From: an uncultured Gammaproteobacteria bacterium
GTDB lineage: Bacteria; Pseudomonadota; Gammaproteobacteria; Natronospirales; REEB76
NCBI GenBank assembly: GCA_964584665.1
Contig: CAZPAO010000001.1
Span: 83,681 to 147,680, forward strand
Direction: 5' to 3'
Length of the DNA stretch: 64,000 bases
The position numbers and the translations under genes are program-made. A model generated the notes under the pieces. That model did not search any database. It saw nothing but the letters and a program-made list of their open reading frames with translations, and was not told the origin of the DNA. Positions 36,504 to 43,684 of the stretch are shown piece after piece; within the stretch, counting starts at the first letter, position 1, and every line of letters begins with the position of its first letter.

Positions 36504-36679
36504 TTAAGGTCCCTGCCTTATCGGCAGGAGATATATACCTGCCATGGGTAACAGAGGTTTAAAGATAGAGGAACGCGTGAGTAAACAGCGACAGAAGCGT
36601 GACCTATGTCACATCGGATTGTCGTCGCCTCGCGGTGACAGCGGAAATCAATCAGGGACTGGAGGAAGCGGGGGTCAGG

Positions 36680-37420
36680 TCAGGGCGTGATGAGCTGTCG
36701 GCGGATGGCGTAGCGGATGAGTTCCGCGGCCCTATGTACGTGCAGCTTGTGCATGATGCGGCTGCGATGGGATTCGATGGTCTTGGTGCTGAGGCCCAGC
36801 TCCTGGGCGATCATGCGCGTGGTGTTGCCTTGGGCGATGAGCATGAGCACCTCGCGCTCCCGTTCGCTCAAGGCCTCCGGCTCCGCCTCGCTGCCAGACA
36901 CCAGGGATGAGAGCGCTCCCGAAGAGAGGCGGGTATTGAAGTGGATGATCCCACGGGCGACCTGGCGGATGGTGTTCACGAGTTCTTCGCCGGTCTGGGA
37001 CTTGTGCACATAGCCGTGCATTCCGGCGCGCAGCGCTTCCACGGCGCTGCCATTGTCTTCCTCGTTGGTGAGCAGCACCGTCTGGATCTCCGGCACCGAG
37101 CGCTGCAGCTCGCGGGCCACGGCGATGCCGTCCATCAGGGGCATGTCGTAGTCCAGGATCGCGACATCCGGATGCCGGGTCTCGGCCATCCGCAGGGCCT
37201 CAGGGCCGTCGGTCGCTTCACCGACCACTTCGAAACCCTCATCCTGCAACAGCACTCCCAGGCTCTCGCGGAAGATGGCATGGTCATCCGCCAGCAGGAC
37301 ACGTGTCGGCGTGCCATGGGCGGAGTGATGGATGTCGTTCACCGTCGGCCCTGGGGCTGCATGGTCATGCCTTGATGAAACCGCGGCGTACCGCGTAGCG
37401 CACCAGGCTCGCCGTGTCAT
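36680..37420 (-). CDS. LuxR/NarL-family response regulator (REC plus HTH_LuxR), third regulator of the stressosome locus (RR3)
   Basis: REC: VLLADDHAIFRE...VAILDYDMP. HTH: LSEREREVLMLIAQGNTTRMIAQELGLSTKTIESHRSRIMHKL. The longest ORF (ATG 37420) overlaps the upstream gene by 56 nt. A GTG at 37342 would give 221 aa, so the start is unresolved. Confidence 0.8.
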   Translation of the reverse strand: MTRRAWCATRYAAVSSRHDHAAPGPTVNDIHHSAHGTPTRVLLADDHAIFRESLGVLLQDEGFEVVGEATDGPEALRMAETRHPDVAILDYDMPLMDGIAVARELQRSVPEIQTVLLTNEEDNGSAVEALRAGMHGYVHKSQTGEELVNTIRQVARGIIHFNTRLSSGALSSLVSGSEAEPEALSEREREVLMLIAQGNTTRMIAQELGLSTKTIESHRSRIMHKLHVHRAAELIRYAIRRQLITP

Positions 37421-37994
37421 GGATCTCGAGCTTCTGCATGATGCGGGTGCGGTGTGAATCCGCTGTCTTGGCGCTCAGGCCCAGCACTTGCGCCACTTCT
37501 TTGGTGGTCTTGCCCTCGGCCACGAGCTGCAGCACCTGGCGCTCGCGGTCGGTGAGGGGGTCTGCGGGGAGTTCGGACTTGCCGATGTAGGCATCCACCA
37601 CGGTCTTGGAGATGCCGGGGCTGAGATAGACCGAGCCCCGGCCCACCTCGCGGATGGCGCCGACCAGGTCGGAGGCGGCCTGGGCCTTCAGTACATAGCC
37701 GCGGATGCCCGCGCGCAGGGCTTCCAGCACGTAGGCTTCCTCTTCGTACATGGTGAGGACGATGACCTGGATGCCGGCGGTCTGCTTGAGTATCTGCTTC
37801 GCGGCATCTATGCCGTTCAACAGCGGCATGCCGAGGTCCAGCACCGCGAGTTCCGGTGAGAGCTGGCGGGCGAGGCGCACGGCCTCGTGCCCATCGGCCG
37901 CTTCCGCCACCACGTCGAAACCCTCTCGCTCCAGCAGGGCTTTCAGACCCTGGCGGAACATGGGGTGATCATCAGCGAGCAGGATACGTTTCAT
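37365..37994 (-). CDS. LuxR/NarL-family response regulator, second regulator of the stressosome locus (RR2) and paralog of 38161-38793
   Basis: REC with ADDHPMFRQGL...LAVLDLGMP. HTH: LTDRERQVLQLVAEGKTTKEVAQVLGLSAKTADSHRTRIMQKL. Confidence 0.9.
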   Translation of the reverse strand: MKRILLADDHPMFRQGLKALLEREGFDVVAEAADGHEAVRLARQLSPELAVLDLGMPLLNGIDAAKQILKQTAGIQVIVLTMYEEEAYVLEALRAGIRGYVLKAQAASDLVGAIREVGRGSVYLSPGISKTVVDAYIGKSELPADPLTDRERQVLQLVAEGKTTKEVAQVLGLSAKTADSHRTRIMQKLEIHDTASLVRYAVRRGFIKA

Positions 37995-38099
37995 CCGGGG
38001 GGCACTCGTCCCGCATGCCGCCGTGCGGGAGCACGGGGCAGCGGGGACATATTACCCCCTGACTATGCAGGTGTATTGCCCAAGGCGGAATCGAGGAAA

Positions 38100-38126
38100 T
38101 ACCCCTAATCCGCTGGGTAATCACCC
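38100..38126. promoter_or_regulatory. NarL-type heptamer TACCCCT (38100-38106) plus the imperfect palindrome GGGTAATCACCC (38115-38126), in the spacer between the duplicated regulator genes
   Basis: TACCCCT matches the NarL heptamer consensus TACYYMT as I recall it. A further GGGG-N8-CCCC element containing TTACCCCC lies at 38043-38058. Confidence 0.3.
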
Positions 38127-38160
38127 CAAGGGCGCGACGATGTGACGATAAACCGCGCGA

Positions 38161-38793
38161 TCAGGCCTTGATGAAGCCGCGACGGATGGCATAACGCACC
38201 AGGCTCGCGGTCTCGTGTATCTCGAGCTTCTGCATGATGCGAGTGCGGTGCGAATCGGCGGTCTTGACGCTCAAGCCCAGCACCTCCGCCACCTCCTTGG
38301 TGGTTTTGCCCTCGGCTACCAGCTGCAGCACCTGGCGTTCGCGGCCGGTGAGGGGTTCCGCCGGCAGTTCGGACTTGTTCACGTAGGCATCCACCACGGC
38401 CTTGGAGATGCCGGGGCTGAGATATACGGCTCCGCGCAGCACTTCGCGGATCGCGCCCAGGAGGTCCGCGGCGGCCTGGGCCTTCAGCACGTAGCCGCGG
38501 ATGCCCGCGCGCAACGCTTCAAGCACGTAGGCATCCTCCTCGTACATGGTGAGCAGGACCACCTCGGTATCGGGTGCCTGCTTGTGGATCTCGCGGGCGG
38601 CATCGATGCCGTTCAGCAAGGGCATACCGAGGTCCAGCACCGCCACACGCGGGTTCAGTTGCCGCGCATGCCGCACGGCCTGGTGGCCATCGGCGGCTTC
38701 CGCCACGATCTCGTAGCCCTCGCGCTCCAGCAGGGCTTTCAGGCCCTGGCGGAACATGGGATGGTCATCTGCCAGCATGACTGTCTGCATCAT
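38161..38793 (-). CDS. LuxR/NarL-family response regulator, first regulator of the stressosome locus (RR1), translationally coupled to the kinase
   Basis: Same architecture as 37365-37994 (about 82% aa identity by my manual alignment). The start overlaps the kinase stop by 4 nt. Confidence 0.9.
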   Translation of the reverse strand: MMQTVMLADDHPMFRQGLKALLEREGYEIVAEAADGHQAVRHARQLNPRVAVLDLGMPLLNGIDAAREIHKQAPDTEVVLLTMYEEDAYVLEALRAGIRGYVLKAQAAADLLGAIREVLRGAVYLSPGISKAVVDAYVNKSELPAEPLTGRERQVLQLVAEGKTTKEVAEVLGLSVKTADSHRTRIMQKLEIHETASLVRYAIRRGFIKA

Positions 38794-39722
38794 AGATTGC
38801 TCCCCAGCGGTATGCTGATTCTCAGCTCGGTGCCCGATCCGGGCGTGGAATTGACTTCGAAGGCGCCATAGAGACTGCTGATACGCTCGCGTATGCCCAT
38901 GAGCCCGAGGCCATGGCGCGCGGGAGTACCCGGAGCAGGGGAGGCGAAGCCCCGTCCGTCATCGCGGATCGTGCAGTAGATCAACTGCTGGTCGATCCAG
39001 ATCTTGATCCATACGCACTGCGCCTGGGCGTGGCGCACGATGTTGTTGAGCGCTTCCTGCACGGCCCGGTAGAGCGCGGTCTCCACCTGAGGTGGCAGCC
39101 GGCCATGGTCGAGGATGTCGTTGTCGATGACGATGGTCAGGCCCGCGCGCTTGCGGAAACCGTCCGTGAGGAACTGCAGGGCGGGCATCAGGCCGAGCTG
39201 GTCGAGGATGGGCGGGCGCAGCTCATGGGAGAGGCGCCGCAACTGGTCCGACACCATGTCCAGCTGCTCGGAGATGCGGTCGACATGCTTTCGTACCTCC
39301 GCCGGAGGCGTCTGGCGCTGTATCTCCGCGAGCTCGAGATACACGGAGGCCAACAGCTGCGCCGCCTCGTCGTGCAGGGTATGGGCGATGCGCTTGGCTT
39401 CTTCCTCGAGGATGTTGTTCAGGCGCCGCAAGGCGGCGTTCGACTCGCGGTTCCCGATCTGCATCATCTCGAAAGGGGACATGCTCTCGATGAGGAAATG
39501 ATAGGCGCCATCCAGCTTGCGCGCCTCACCGTCGTGGGTCTCCACCAGCGTTGACACTGCGGAATGATGGATGTTGACGAGGCCCAGCAGCCCGATGCCG
39601 GAGCCGAGCGCCTGGCGACCGAGTTCATAGGCCTGATGCAGCGGCGCTTCGCCGCCGTCTTTCAGGTAGTCCTTCAGGGCCTTGCGGTAGGTCTCGTGGA
39701 GATCGGGGGAGTAGCCGTGCAT
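38790..39722 (-). CDS. Soluble histidine kinase: RsbU_N-like N-terminal domain plus HisKA_3 and HATPase_c
   Basis: No TM segment. The N-terminal ~100 aa (YRKALKDYL...LHQAYELGRQAL...NIHHSAV...FLIESMSPFEM) resemble the RsbU N-terminal (RsbT-docking) domain. H-box HTLHDEAAQLL, N-box QEALNNIVRHA, G-boxes DDGRGF and GLGLMGIRER. Confidence 0.8.
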   Translation of the reverse strand: MHGYSPDLHETYRKALKDYLKDGGEAPLHQAYELGRQALGSGIGLLGLVNIHHSAVSTLVETHDGEARKLDGAYHFLIESMSPFEMMQIGNRESNAALRRLNNILEEEAKRIAHTLHDEAAQLLASVYLELAEIQRQTPPAEVRKHVDRISEQLDMVSDQLRRLSHELRPPILDQLGLMPALQFLTDGFRKRAGLTIVIDNDILDHGRLPPQVETALYRAVQEALNNIVRHAQAQCVWIKIWIDQQLIYCTIRDDGRGFASPAPGTPARHGLGLMGIRERISSLYGAFEVNSTPGSGTELRISIPLGSNL

Positions 39723-39728
39723 GGCGGC

Positions 39729-40340
39729 CTACCCCAGGTAACGCGCGACCAACGCCAGGGCGTCGTCGGTCTTCTTGCAGTAGCGGGAGATGATGCGCTC
39801 AGCGATGTCAGTGACGCTGCCATCGCCGCGGATCTCGTCGGCGAAGTCGGGTGCGATGCCATCGGTGGCGAAGATGATCATGTCGCCGGGCTGCACGCGG
39901 GTCACCGCGGTCTGCAGCGAGGGCAGGCGCTGGCCCACCACGCCGGGGCGCAACAGCAGGTTCTGCTTCACATACCCGGAGCTGGTGGTCTTCAGTAGCA
40001 AGCGGCCCTCCACGTTACCTATGCCGAGCCAGGTCAGGGTGCCTTCATTGGCGTCGAAGCATGCCAGGTTCATGACTGCGCCACGGCTGCCGGTGAGGGC
40101 AGTATGGCAGCGTTTCGCGAGGCTGATGAGGGATTCCTCGCCGGCATGCCGTTCCACGCAGTCCACGGCCCGTTCCGCCGCTGCTGCCGCCTCGCGGCCG
40201 TGGCCCAGGCCGTCGATGACGGCGGCCACCATGCCATTGGGTACGCCCACCATGGCGTGGCGGTCTCCGGACTCAGCCTGGCCCGGCAGCGTGAAGACCG
40301 CTGCGGCCGACTCGATCACATCGCGCATCACTGTAGCCAT
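39729..40340 (-). CDS. rsbX: PP2C-type (SpoIIE-family) phosphatase, RsbX-like
   Basis: 203 aa. ESGDRHAM...AAVIDGLGHGREAA...IFATDGI motifs. Position directly after rsbT. Confidence 0.8.
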   Translation of the reverse strand: MATVMRDVIESAAAVFTLPGQAESGDRHAMVGVPNGMVAAVIDGLGHGREAAAAAERAVDCVERHAGEESLISLAKRCHTALTGSRGAVMNLACFDANEGTLTWLGIGNVEGRLLLKTTSSGYVKQNLLLRPGVVGQRLPSLQTAVTRVQPGDMIIFATDGIAPDFADEIRGDGSVTDIAERIISRYCKKTDDALALVARYLG

Positions 40341-40783
40341 TTCTTGGCCGTGACGGTGGTGCCCTTGTCGGTGCCCGTGTCTATGTAGAATTCATCCACC
40401 ATGCGGCGTACGCCGCATAGGCCGAGGCCCAGGCCGCCGGACGTGGAGTACCCACCCACCAGGGCGCGCTGTACGTCGGGGATGCCGGGGCCGTTGTCCC
40501 GGCTGATGATGATGACGCCGTGCTGGTTCTCGCTGCCGTTCGCCTTGCCGAGCACGATCTCGCCGGTCTGGGCATAGAGCACGATGTTGCGCGCCAGCTC
40601 CGAGATGATGGTGGCGATGAGCGTCGACTCCGTCTCCGAGAAACCGGATTGGAGTGCCAGCTCGCGTCCATGCTGGCGGGCGGTGACGATATCCATCACT
40701 GTCCGGATGGGGATGACTGCCTTGTCGTCCAATTTCCCTTCCGTTGCGCTTCCGCTCTGCGGTGGGTTGACGGGCCTGTTCAT
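40328..40783 (-). CDS. rsbT: Stressosome serine/threonine kinase RsbT (GHKL ATPase)
   Basis: ARQHGRELA...ATIISELARNIVLYA...ISRDNGPGIPD...STSGGLGLGLCGVRRMVDEF. 151 aa. Confidence 0.85.
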   Translation of the reverse strand: MNRPVNPPQSGSATEGKLDDKAVIPIRTVMDIVTARQHGRELALQSGFSETESTLIATIISELARNIVLYAQTGEIVLGKANGSENQHGVIIISRDNGPGIPDVQRALVGGYSTSGGLGLGLCGVRRMVDEFYIDTGTDKGTTVTAKKWLQ

Positions 40784-41166
40784 CTGGATCCCGCTGGCGG
40801 CCCCACGCTCGTACGCTTGGGCCGTGCGTCCAGATAAGCCAGACCTTCTTCCAGGTCGAGGGCAGTGGGCACGCCTTCCAGGCTGAGACCCAGCTGCACC
40901 ATGGAGAACGCCACCTCCGGTTGGATGCCGACGATCACCGTGTCGGCACCGCGCAGGCGGATCATGTGGGCCATGTCCCGCAGCGTTCGCACTGAGAAGG
41001 AATCCATCACGTCCAGGCCCGTCACGTCCAGGATCACGCCGACCGAACGGTAGCGGCCCACCTGGGCCACCAGCCGGTCGCGCAGCGTCACCAGGTCCTG
41101 GTCGGTCAGCACGGCCTGCACCGACGCGATGAGGTAGTTCCTCTGTTTTAGGATAGGGACTTCCAC
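40780..41166 (-). CDS. rsbS: Stressosome STAS-domain protein RsbS
   Basis: Single STAS domain with the phosphorylatable-serine context DVTGLDVMDSFSVRTL. 128 aa. 4-nt overlap with rsbT. Confidence 0.85.
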   Translation of the reverse strand: MEVPILKQRNYLIASVQAVLTDQDLVTLRDRLVAQVGRYRSVGVILDVTGLDVMDSFSVRTLRDMAHMIRLRGADTVIVGIQPEVAFSMVQLGLSLEGVPTALDLEEGLAYLDARPKRTSVGPPAGSR

Positions 41167-41178
41167 GCCGGCGTGTCC

Positions 41179-42105
41179 TTACTCGTTGTTCTTTTCAGTG
41201 ATGGGCATGACCTTGTAACCCAGGAGCTTCTCGGCCTCTTCGATGCCGCCCTGGAGGTCGCCCACCGTGGCCATCTTGCCCAGGTCCACGCCGATGGTGA
41301 CCAGGGTCTGCGCCAGTTCCGGCGCGAGGCCCGTGACGATCACGTCGGCACCGACCAGTCGGGCGGCTTCCACCGTCTGCACCAGGTGGTTGGCGACCGC
41401 GGCGTCCACCGCGGGCACACCGGTCAGGTCCATCACGACCACTCGTGCGCGGTTTACGCGGATGCCGCGCAGCAGCTGTTCCGTCAGCTGACGGGCGCGT
41501 TGCGGGTCGAGGATGCCGATGATGGGCAGGATCAGCAGTCGTTCGCGCACGGCGAGCACTGGGGTGGACAGCTCGCGGATGGCTTCCTGTTGCTGGCGGA
41601 TGATGCGCTCGCGTTCCTGCACGAAGCCCACCGCCACCGTGGTGGCGATGCGGTTCGCGGCGGGCTCATAGGCGTCCAACACGCGGGTCAGCAGTTGCTG
41701 GTTCTGGCCGTATTTGGCGAAGAGGGAGCGTGCCAGCACGTCGCGCAGCAAGAGCACGATACCCACCACTTCGTGCGTCTCGACGCCTCGGGGGATGATT
41801 CGTTCCGACAGGTCGCGGGCGTAGGCTTCGAGGGCTTCGATCGAGCCGGTCTCCAGCGCTCCCAGGTAGTTGTCGTACACCGAGCTTGCTTCCGCCATGA
41901 TCTCTTCGTTGGTCATGGCGGTGAGGAAGCGGGCGCTCATGATCCGGCTGGCCCATACCTCCCGCAGCTGCGTGCGGTTCTGGCGCAAGTGCGCCACCAG
42001 TTCTCGCAGTACCTCGGCGTGGGATTCGTCGTTAGGCGAGCCTACGTTGCCGGACATCTCCGGCTGCAGTGTGCGGTCTCGGCCTTTGCCCTTGTTATCA
42101 GCCAT
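41179..42105 (-). CDS. rsbR: Stressosome sensor RsbR (N-terminal non-heme-globin-like sensor domain plus C-terminal STAS)
   Basis: The C-terminal STAS LILPIIGILDPQRARQL...VVVMDLTGVPAVDAAVANHL...VIVTGLAPELAQTL is preceded by a ~180-aa helical N-domain. First gene of the operon. Confidence 0.85.
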   Translation of the reverse strand: MADNKGKGRDRTLQPEMSGNVGSPNDESHAEVLRELVAHLRQNRTQLREVWASRIMSARFLTAMTNEEIMAEASSVYDNYLGALETGSIEALEAYARDLSERIIPRGVETHEVVGIVLLLRDVLARSLFAKYGQNQQLLTRVLDAYEPAANRIATTVAVGFVQERERIIRQQQEAIRELSTPVLAVRERLLILPIIGILDPQRARQLTEQLLRGIRVNRARVVVMDLTGVPAVDAAVANHLVQTVEAARLVGADVIVTGLAPELAQTLVTIGVDLGKMATVGDLQGGIEEAEKLLGYKVMPITEKNNE

Positions 42106-42487
42106 GATTCGCTCCTCGTCCTTCCCTCTGTCAGCGGGGATTCAGTTGCAAAGCGGCGTCGCCGCCGGGGTTCAGTTCAGGACAGTCTCGCTGCGGTCGA
42201 TCGCGGATCCCTGAATCCGCCTGTAACCTCAAGACAAACGCTCCATCGGCCCTGGGGTGATGTGCGACAGACATGGTACACAAAATGCCGTGCCGGCCGA
42301 CGAGCGCATATGTCAAGAAACAAGTGCAACATATGCCTCGAATTTCAGCCGTGGAATCCCGCGAAAAACCCTTAATCGCTGTGCGACCCGGGTCTCAATA
42401 CATGCTGTCTTTTGATCGTCTTGAGGCGCTCCGCTGCGCCTGTCCCTGGAATAAGTAAACCTTAGCGGGGCAGGGATATGTAGATAT

Positions 42488-42505
42488 ATAGGGTAAATAC
42501 CCTAT
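42488..42505. promoter_or_regulatory. Palindrome ATAGGGTA-AA-TACCCTAT between the OmpR-type regulator stop and the rsbR upstream region
   Basis: An 8-2-8 inverted repeat read from the sequence, of the same GGGTA/TACCC type as the other sites. It could alternatively be a weak terminator hairpin. Confidence 0.3.
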
Positions 42506-42547
42506 TTGGATGATTGGAAAGACCCCATGGTGAAAAACCAAGCACGT

Positions 42548-43291
42548 TCAGCCGCCAGTGAGCCACTCCGGCAGGAGATCGAAGCGGAAACCCACGTTAC
42601 GCACGGTGATGATGTAGCGGCCCGCATCCCCCAGTTTGCGGCGCAGGCGGCCGATATGCACATCCACGGTGCGGGTGTCGAGGCCGTGGATGGTCCCGTG
42701 GGACCAAGCCTCCTGCAGGAGGTAATCGCGCGTGAGCGCACGGCCCTTGGCTTCAAGAAGCGTCTGCAGGAGCCGGAACTCCTTCTTGGTGAGCTCGATG
42801 GGCTGCCCCGAGACCTTCACGGTCCAGCGATCCAGGTCCATGTCGATCGGTCCCGCCCGCAGCCTATGGTTGGGCGTCACGGCCTGCAGGGCTCGGCGGG
42901 CGATGGCCTTGATATGCGCCATCAACACGTCGACGTTCAGCGGCTTACCCACGCAATCGTCCGCACCGGTCTCCAGCGCCTCGATCTTTTCGGCGTTGCC
43001 CTCGCCACCGGTCACCATGATGATGGGGATGCCCGCGGTATTGGGGTCCTCCCGCAGGCGTCGGCAAGCTTCCAGGCCTCCGGCTTCGGGCAAGTCCGCG
43101 TCCAGGATCACGAGATCCGGCTTCTCGGCATGGATGCTGTGCAGCATCTCGCCTTCGTCATGGGCGGAGACGGCGTCGAAATGCAGTTGTTTGAGGGCAG
43201 AATGCTCCACGCTGCCGGACGCTGCGTCATCGGTGGCGATGAGGGCCTTGAACGGTGCGCGCGATGCGGTCGGTGAGATTCTCAGGTCCAC
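42548..43291 (-). CDS. OmpR/PhoB-family response regulator (REC plus winged helix), no adjacent kinase
   Basis: REC: ALIATDD...DLVILDADLP...IIMVTG. Winged-helix domain: ELTKKEFRLLQTLLEAKGRALTRDYLLQEAW...TRTVDVHIGRLRRKL...ITVRNVGFRF. Confidence 0.85.
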   Translation of the reverse strand: MDLRISPTASRAPFKALIATDDAASGSVEHSALKQLHFDAVSAHDEGEMLHSIHAEKPDLVILDADLPEAGGLEACRRLREDPNTAGIPIIMVTGGEGNAEKIEALETGADDCVGKPLNVDVLMAHIKAIARRALQAVTPNHRLRAGPIDMDLDRWTVKVSGQPIELTKKEFRLLQTLLEAKGRALTRDYLLQEAWSHGTIHGLDTRTVDVHIGRLRRKLGDAGRYIITVRNVGFRFDLLPEWLTGG

Positions 43292-43489
43292 TTTTTTTCC
43301 GGGTCCGCCGGGGGTGCCTTGGCGGAGATGCCAGGAAGTTGGACACCGTCCTTGGCGTCCATGGGTCGAGACTAGTTGAGTCGTGCCTGTGCAGGAAGCG
43401 GGTGAACCCCTGATTAACCGGGGTGTAACACCCGAGGCCGGGATTCAGGGCATATGTCTAAACCCGGCACAGCGCCCTAAACCGGGCCG

Positions 43490-43520
43490 CCAAAAAGAAA
43501 CGCCTCTTTCGAGGCGTTTC
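43490..43520 (-). terminator. Terminator-like hairpin inside a divergent intergenic region (a T-run follows only on the minus strand)
   Basis: Stem GAAACGCCTC / GAGGCGTTTC with loop TTTC at 43497-43520, preceded on the plus strand by CAAAAA (a U-run on the minus strand). No annotated minus-strand gene ends here. Confidence 0.45.
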
Positions 43521-43672
43521 AGTCGACGCGGATGATAGGGAGGATCATCCGCATCGCAGGCCGTGACGTTGCATCTCGGCTTGTGCGGCCGATGGGGAAC
43601 ATCGGCCGTTTGGATCGTGAGGGGTGCACGACCCGAGGCAAAGTCTGGACCGGGCAGGACGTTTTTTATATT

Positions 43673-43684
43673 GGGTAAAAACCC
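43673..43684. promoter_or_regulatory. Palindrome GGGTAAAAACCC ~125 nt upstream of the GT9 gene
   Basis: Read from the sequence. It is flanked by further inverted repeats AACCCGA-A-TCGGGTT (43680-43694) and AGGGG-TAGT-CCCCT (43695-43708). Confidence 0.3.

Noticed and set aside
42273-42458. 61-aa ORF in the region upstream of rsbR, and ORFs 43563-43979 / 43624-43914 in the next intergenic region.
   Set aside because: No RBS, odd composition, overlap with palindromic elements and no recognisable family. They are treated as non-coding.
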